From Camelus dromedarius (Eukaryota), in NCBI RefSeq assembly GCF_036321535.1, contig NC_087446.1:62682001-62746000 (forward strand): 64,000 nt of DNA, given 5' to 3'. The notes beneath the pieces were generated by a model, which saw only the letters and a list, made by a program, of their open reading frames with translations, made no database searches and was not told the DNA's origin. Positions 59,901 to 64,000 of this stretch are shown one piece after another. Each line of letters begins with the position of its first letter. The first letter of the stretch is position 1. The position numbers and the translations under genes were made by a program.

Positions 59901-60833
59901 TGGCTCCTGGGGCGACGCCATGCCACAGGGAGGAATTAGTATGTGGGAGGGCTAGCTCTGGGTCTTGGGGCCAATAAGGGGGACCCTACCCCTTCCATGC
60001 TAATCTCACTGCCCAGTGAAGGGGGAAGGGCAGCGAAGGGCAGGACCCCTGCTGCCCATGGGGGTAGGGGGTCCCCAACCCTTTCCGTGAAAGGGACCAT
60101 GAGGAGTGGAAATCAGGACGTCCCCCTACATCCACCCATGGATGGAAGCTAAAGGGTCGGGGGAGCCAAAAGCCTGGATCCCTCCTCACTACTATCTTGG
60201 GAGGGAGAAGGGAAGGAGCAGGAGCGGGCTAAGGGGACTGGGGAGGGGCCTTGTAATTTATTGCTTTGTTCCCCTACAAGGGGGCGGGGGGCGGGCAGGG
60301 GCTTGGGGAGGGCGGTTCAGGGTAGGGGAAGCCAGGGGTGGGCAGGGGGTGGGGTGGGGGTGCTCTCGGGTTGTGAGTGTCTGTGACCGTGACTGCGTAC
60401 CTGTGACTGTGCAGCGCCCGTGGTGATCTGGGGTAGGGGGCACCCCTGCAATGGGACCCCTCCCCCACTGTTCTTCCTGTCCAGCCCCTCCCTTCCGCTG
60501 GAGCAGCTCAAGACCCATCCCTCAACCCCCTGATCCCTCCCAGCCAGGTTAAGAAGGAGGATATGAGGTGGCTGGGAGGGTTTCCAGGCCCCCGTCTCAT
60601 CCCTAGAAAGGATATGGTGGGGTGGATTTACCTGGCCCAGCCCCATCTTCCTCAGCCAACCCAGACCTTGGGCCTTCTGTGTCAGTTGTTTCCGGTCTTT
60701 TTTTTTTTTTTTTTTTCTGGCTAAATATTTTGCAAAGGACCAGGTAATTGGGGAGAGGTGAAGGGTGGGGGTAGGGGGGCAATACCCCCCTCATCTCCTC
60801 CAAGGCAGGTGGTGTGAATCTTCTTCAACAGCA

Positions 60834-60839
60834 ATTAAA
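60834..60839 (+). terminator. Candidate poly(A) signal ATTAAA of AGAP2
   Basis: About 1.34 kb after the stop, followed by GT/T-rich sequence. Confidence 0.5.
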
Positions 60840-62597
60840 GAGGAAGTGATTTTGTCTAGGGGGTGAGCTGCTGGTCTGTTCTTGAAGAGGCGGGTCAGGG
60901 AATGGCCTTGGTCAATGTGGGGAACTGGAGGTGGGAGAGGGCCAGGGAGGGTGCCTCCCACTGGGGCTGATGGCAGGGCAGTATCCAAGGATGTGAAGAT
61001 GGTAGGTCAGATACTCTATCATGTACAACAGTTCTGGGTTCATTTAGTGGAAGGAGACAGGCAGGTCAGAACAACAGTGGGGACCCAAGGAGCAGAGAAG
61101 TCACTGACTTCCAGGATGACTCCTATTCTGGGAAGGAGTTGGGGTGTGGGGCTTAGAGGACAAGGACAGGGGAGGGGCCCGCTTGGAGTAAGTGGTGTAG
61201 CTTCGGTTAAGAGCAGGAACTTTGGAGTCAGATCTGATTTCGAAACCAGCTAGGCGGTGTTGGGCAGGTTACCTTGGGTACCTCTGTTTATTTGTAATCT
61301 GAACAGTGTCTGTTCAGAGGTCACCTGGTAAGGGCTCTCGCGTCAGCCCTGGAGGGCTGCCCCGGGCCAGCCTGCTCACTCTGAGCACCTAGTACCAGAA
61401 GTAGATCTTACACTACTCTCCTGGCCTGGAGGGAAGAGGTGAAAGGTCTGGCTGCAGAGGTCCCTGGTGTCACAAACTCCGTGCCCAGCTGACGCAGACA
61501 GCTGAAAGCGTTTGACCTGGCAGAGGGGCCAAGTGGGGTGGTGTTGGGCCAGCAGCCTGTGCAGGGTGGGAAAAGCCACATACATATTGTTAGCCACCTT
61601 GACACACCAGTTTATGGCCCATTGTCTCCTGGTAGAGTTAGTTCTGGCCCTCTGCACCCCTCAGCCCCACAAAGGATATTCAGTGAAGGTGCGCCACTGA
61701 GCTGACAAGCAGTGGTTGCAGGAATGGGCCCAGGTCCCACTCACATGGGAGGCCCTGGTTCTCCAGGGTCCTAGGCTGGGTGACCACCTAACACAGCGGT
61801 CTGACCCAGAAAAAGGTGTGGATTCAGGGGTGTGGGTGCAGTGACAGGTGCAGATGCAGGTGTGTGGTCTGGGAAGGCAAAGCTAGAGGAAAAGAGAGAA
61901 GTAGCAAAGAAGACTCAACTGGAAGACCCCACCACCTCTCCTCCCTTTCATCGGAGACCCTGGGCTCTCCTCCTCCATCCCCACTTTCCTTCTTGGTGGC
62001 AAAAGCTCACTGCCTTCCTCAGAAGCTCGAGAGTGTGAGAGGCTGTGGGGAGGAAACAAGGACCCTGGAGAGAGTGAAATAACCACAGGGAATCACGGGC
62101 CAGTGGGAAGTGCCTTTCAGTTCCCACCAGTGAAAGGTGGTCAAGGTGTCAGGACCCCCACATCAAATCCCAGCACTCAGTACTCCAGTGGCTTCTTTTC
62201 CTCATGTGCTACATCTTGGCCTGTGGGAAATACAAAGGGTGGTTGTGGATGGGCTGACAGGACACTGAGCCCTCCAGGCTGGCAGAAGAGGACTCTGAAG
62301 GGGACTTCCTGGGGGCTGAAGGAGAGCTGCTGCCCCTTAGCATCCACACCACCTTCTCAGCTGCCCTTGGGGTCCTCACCTGGATTCCTGCTGCCATCTG
62401 CCATCCCCCGATTCCTTACCCGCTCCTGGTCACCATCTGCCACACACCCTGCTCCCTGCCTTTTGTTTGCCTTAGCACAGCTGGGACAGAACAACCTTCT
62501 CCATGGGAGTTGTACCAGAAGCCAAAGTAAAGTAAAAATGAATTTATTATTGAAAGTACAAAATGACTAAATCTAGTGAGGTTTCTAGAAATTCGTT

Positions 62598-64000
62598 TTC
62601 CTTTTTTTCTTTTTAAAACTTTTTTATTGAAGTATAGTTGATTTACAGTGTTGTTTTTCTGGTATACAGGATAGTGATTCAGTTATACATATAAATATAT
62701 TCTTTTTCATTATGGTTTATTACAGGATATTGAATATAGTTCCCTGTGCTATACAGTAGTACCTTGTTAATTATCTATTTTATATATAATAATTTGAATC
62801 TGCTAGTCTTAAACTCTTAATTTATCTCTCCCCCACCGCCTTTCCCCTTTGGTAACCATAAGTTTGTTTTCTTATGTCTGTGATTCTGTCTGTTTTGTAA
62901 ATAAGTTCATTTGTATCATTTTTTAGATTCCACATATAAGTGGTACTGTATATTTGTCTTTGTCTGACTTACTTCACTTAGGTATGATAATCTGTATGCC
63001 CACTCATGTTGCTGCAGATGGCATTGTTTCATTCTATTTTATGGCTGAGTAATATTCCATTGTGGGTGTGTGTACATATGTGTACGTGTGTATAGATACA
63101 CACACCACAACTTCTTTATCCAATCATCTGTCAGTGGACATTTCAGCTGCTTCTGTGTCTTGGCTGTTGTGAATAGTGCTGCTGTATGAGCACCGGGGTG
63201 CTTGTATCTTTTCAAATTAGAGTTTNNNNNNNNNNNNNNNNNNNNNNNNNNNNNNNNNNNNNNNNNNNNNNNNNNNNNNNNNNNNNNNNNNNNNNNNNNN
63301 NNNNNNNNNNNNNNNNNNNNNNNNNNNNNNNNNNNNNNNNNNNNNNNNNNNNNNNNNNNNNNNNNNNNNNNCTCCAGCATTTATTATTTGTGGACTTTTT
63401 CATGATGGCCATTCTGACGANNNNNNNNNNNNNNNNNNNNNNNNNNNNNNNNNNNNNNNNNNNNNNNNNNNNNNNNNNNNNNNNNNNNNNNNNNNNNNNN
63501 NNNNNNNNNNNNNNNNNNNNNNNNNNNNNNNNNNNNNNNNNNNNNNNNNNNNNNNNNNNNNNNNNNNNNNNNNNNTTGAGTTGTATGAGCTGTTTATATT
63601 CTGGAGATTAAGCCCTTGTCGGTCACATTATTTGTAAATATTTCCTCCCAGCCTGGTTTATGGTTTCCTTTGCTGTGCAAAAGCTTGTAAGTTTAATTAG
63701 GTCCCATTTGTTTATTTCTGCTTTAATTTCTATTGGCTTGGGAGACTGACCTAGGAAAACATTGCTGTGACTTATGTCAGAGAATGTTTTGCCTATGTTC
63801 TCTTCTAGGAATTCTATGGTGTCCTGTCTTATGTTTGTTTAAGCCATTTGAGTTTATTTTTGTGTATGGTGAGAGGGGGTGCTCTAACTTCATTGATTTA
63901 CATGCAGCTGTCCAGCTTTCCCAACACCACTTCCTGAAGAGACTGTCTTTTCTCCATTGTATATTCTTGCCTCCTTTGTTGAAGATTAATTGACTGTAGG
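62598..64000 (-). mobile_element. L1 LINE 3' region (artiodactyl-type), continuing past the window end
   Basis: Poly-T, then 'ttttattgaagtatagttgatttac', 'ggctgagtaatattccattgtg', 'gtttaattaggtcccatttgtttatt', 'ccaacaccacttcctgaagagactgtc'. Confidence 0.85.

Noticed and set aside
62543-62548. - strand AATAAA as a possible OS9 poly(A) signal
   Set aside because: The sequence upstream of it on that strand is L1, and no OS9 exon is visible in the window.

Overview
Mammalian genomic DNA, most likely from a camelid (camel or alpaca): it carries three copies of a tRNA-derived Vic-1-like SINE, and I recognised no Alu, Bov-tA or PRE-1 elements. The window is the conserved gene-dense block syntenic to human 12q13-14, in reversed orientation: TSFM(-), EEF1AKMT3(-), METTL1(+), CYP27B1(+), MARCHF9(-), CDK4(+), TSPAN31(-), AGAP2(+). 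I traced the exons by hand, with GT-AG junctions. Spliced lengths are 325, 226, 277, 508, 346, 303 and 210 aa, and 836 aa for AGAP2 PIKE-A if its start lies in the N-gap as predicted. These match the human orthologues as I remember them, except METTL1, which is one residue longer. Introns hold L1, L2, MIR and SINE remnants. There are nine N-gaps, several inside or next to coding exons. I see no unknown protein-coding gene and no new multi-gene system; nearly all long ORFs in the track are antisense or GC-rich artefacts. The best leads are regulatory: (1) a lineage-specific SINE 12 nt from the last CYP27B1 splice acceptor; (2) a hidden AGAP2 exon bracketed by PTBP- and RBFOX-type motifs; (3) a G-quadruplex plus uORF in the PIKE-A leader; (4) strong-Kozak uORFs in MARCHF9 and three uATGs in CDK4; (5) tightly packed or convergent 3' ends that could give read-through or antisense overlap. 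Comparisons to human sequences and repeat family names are from memory, not from database searches.
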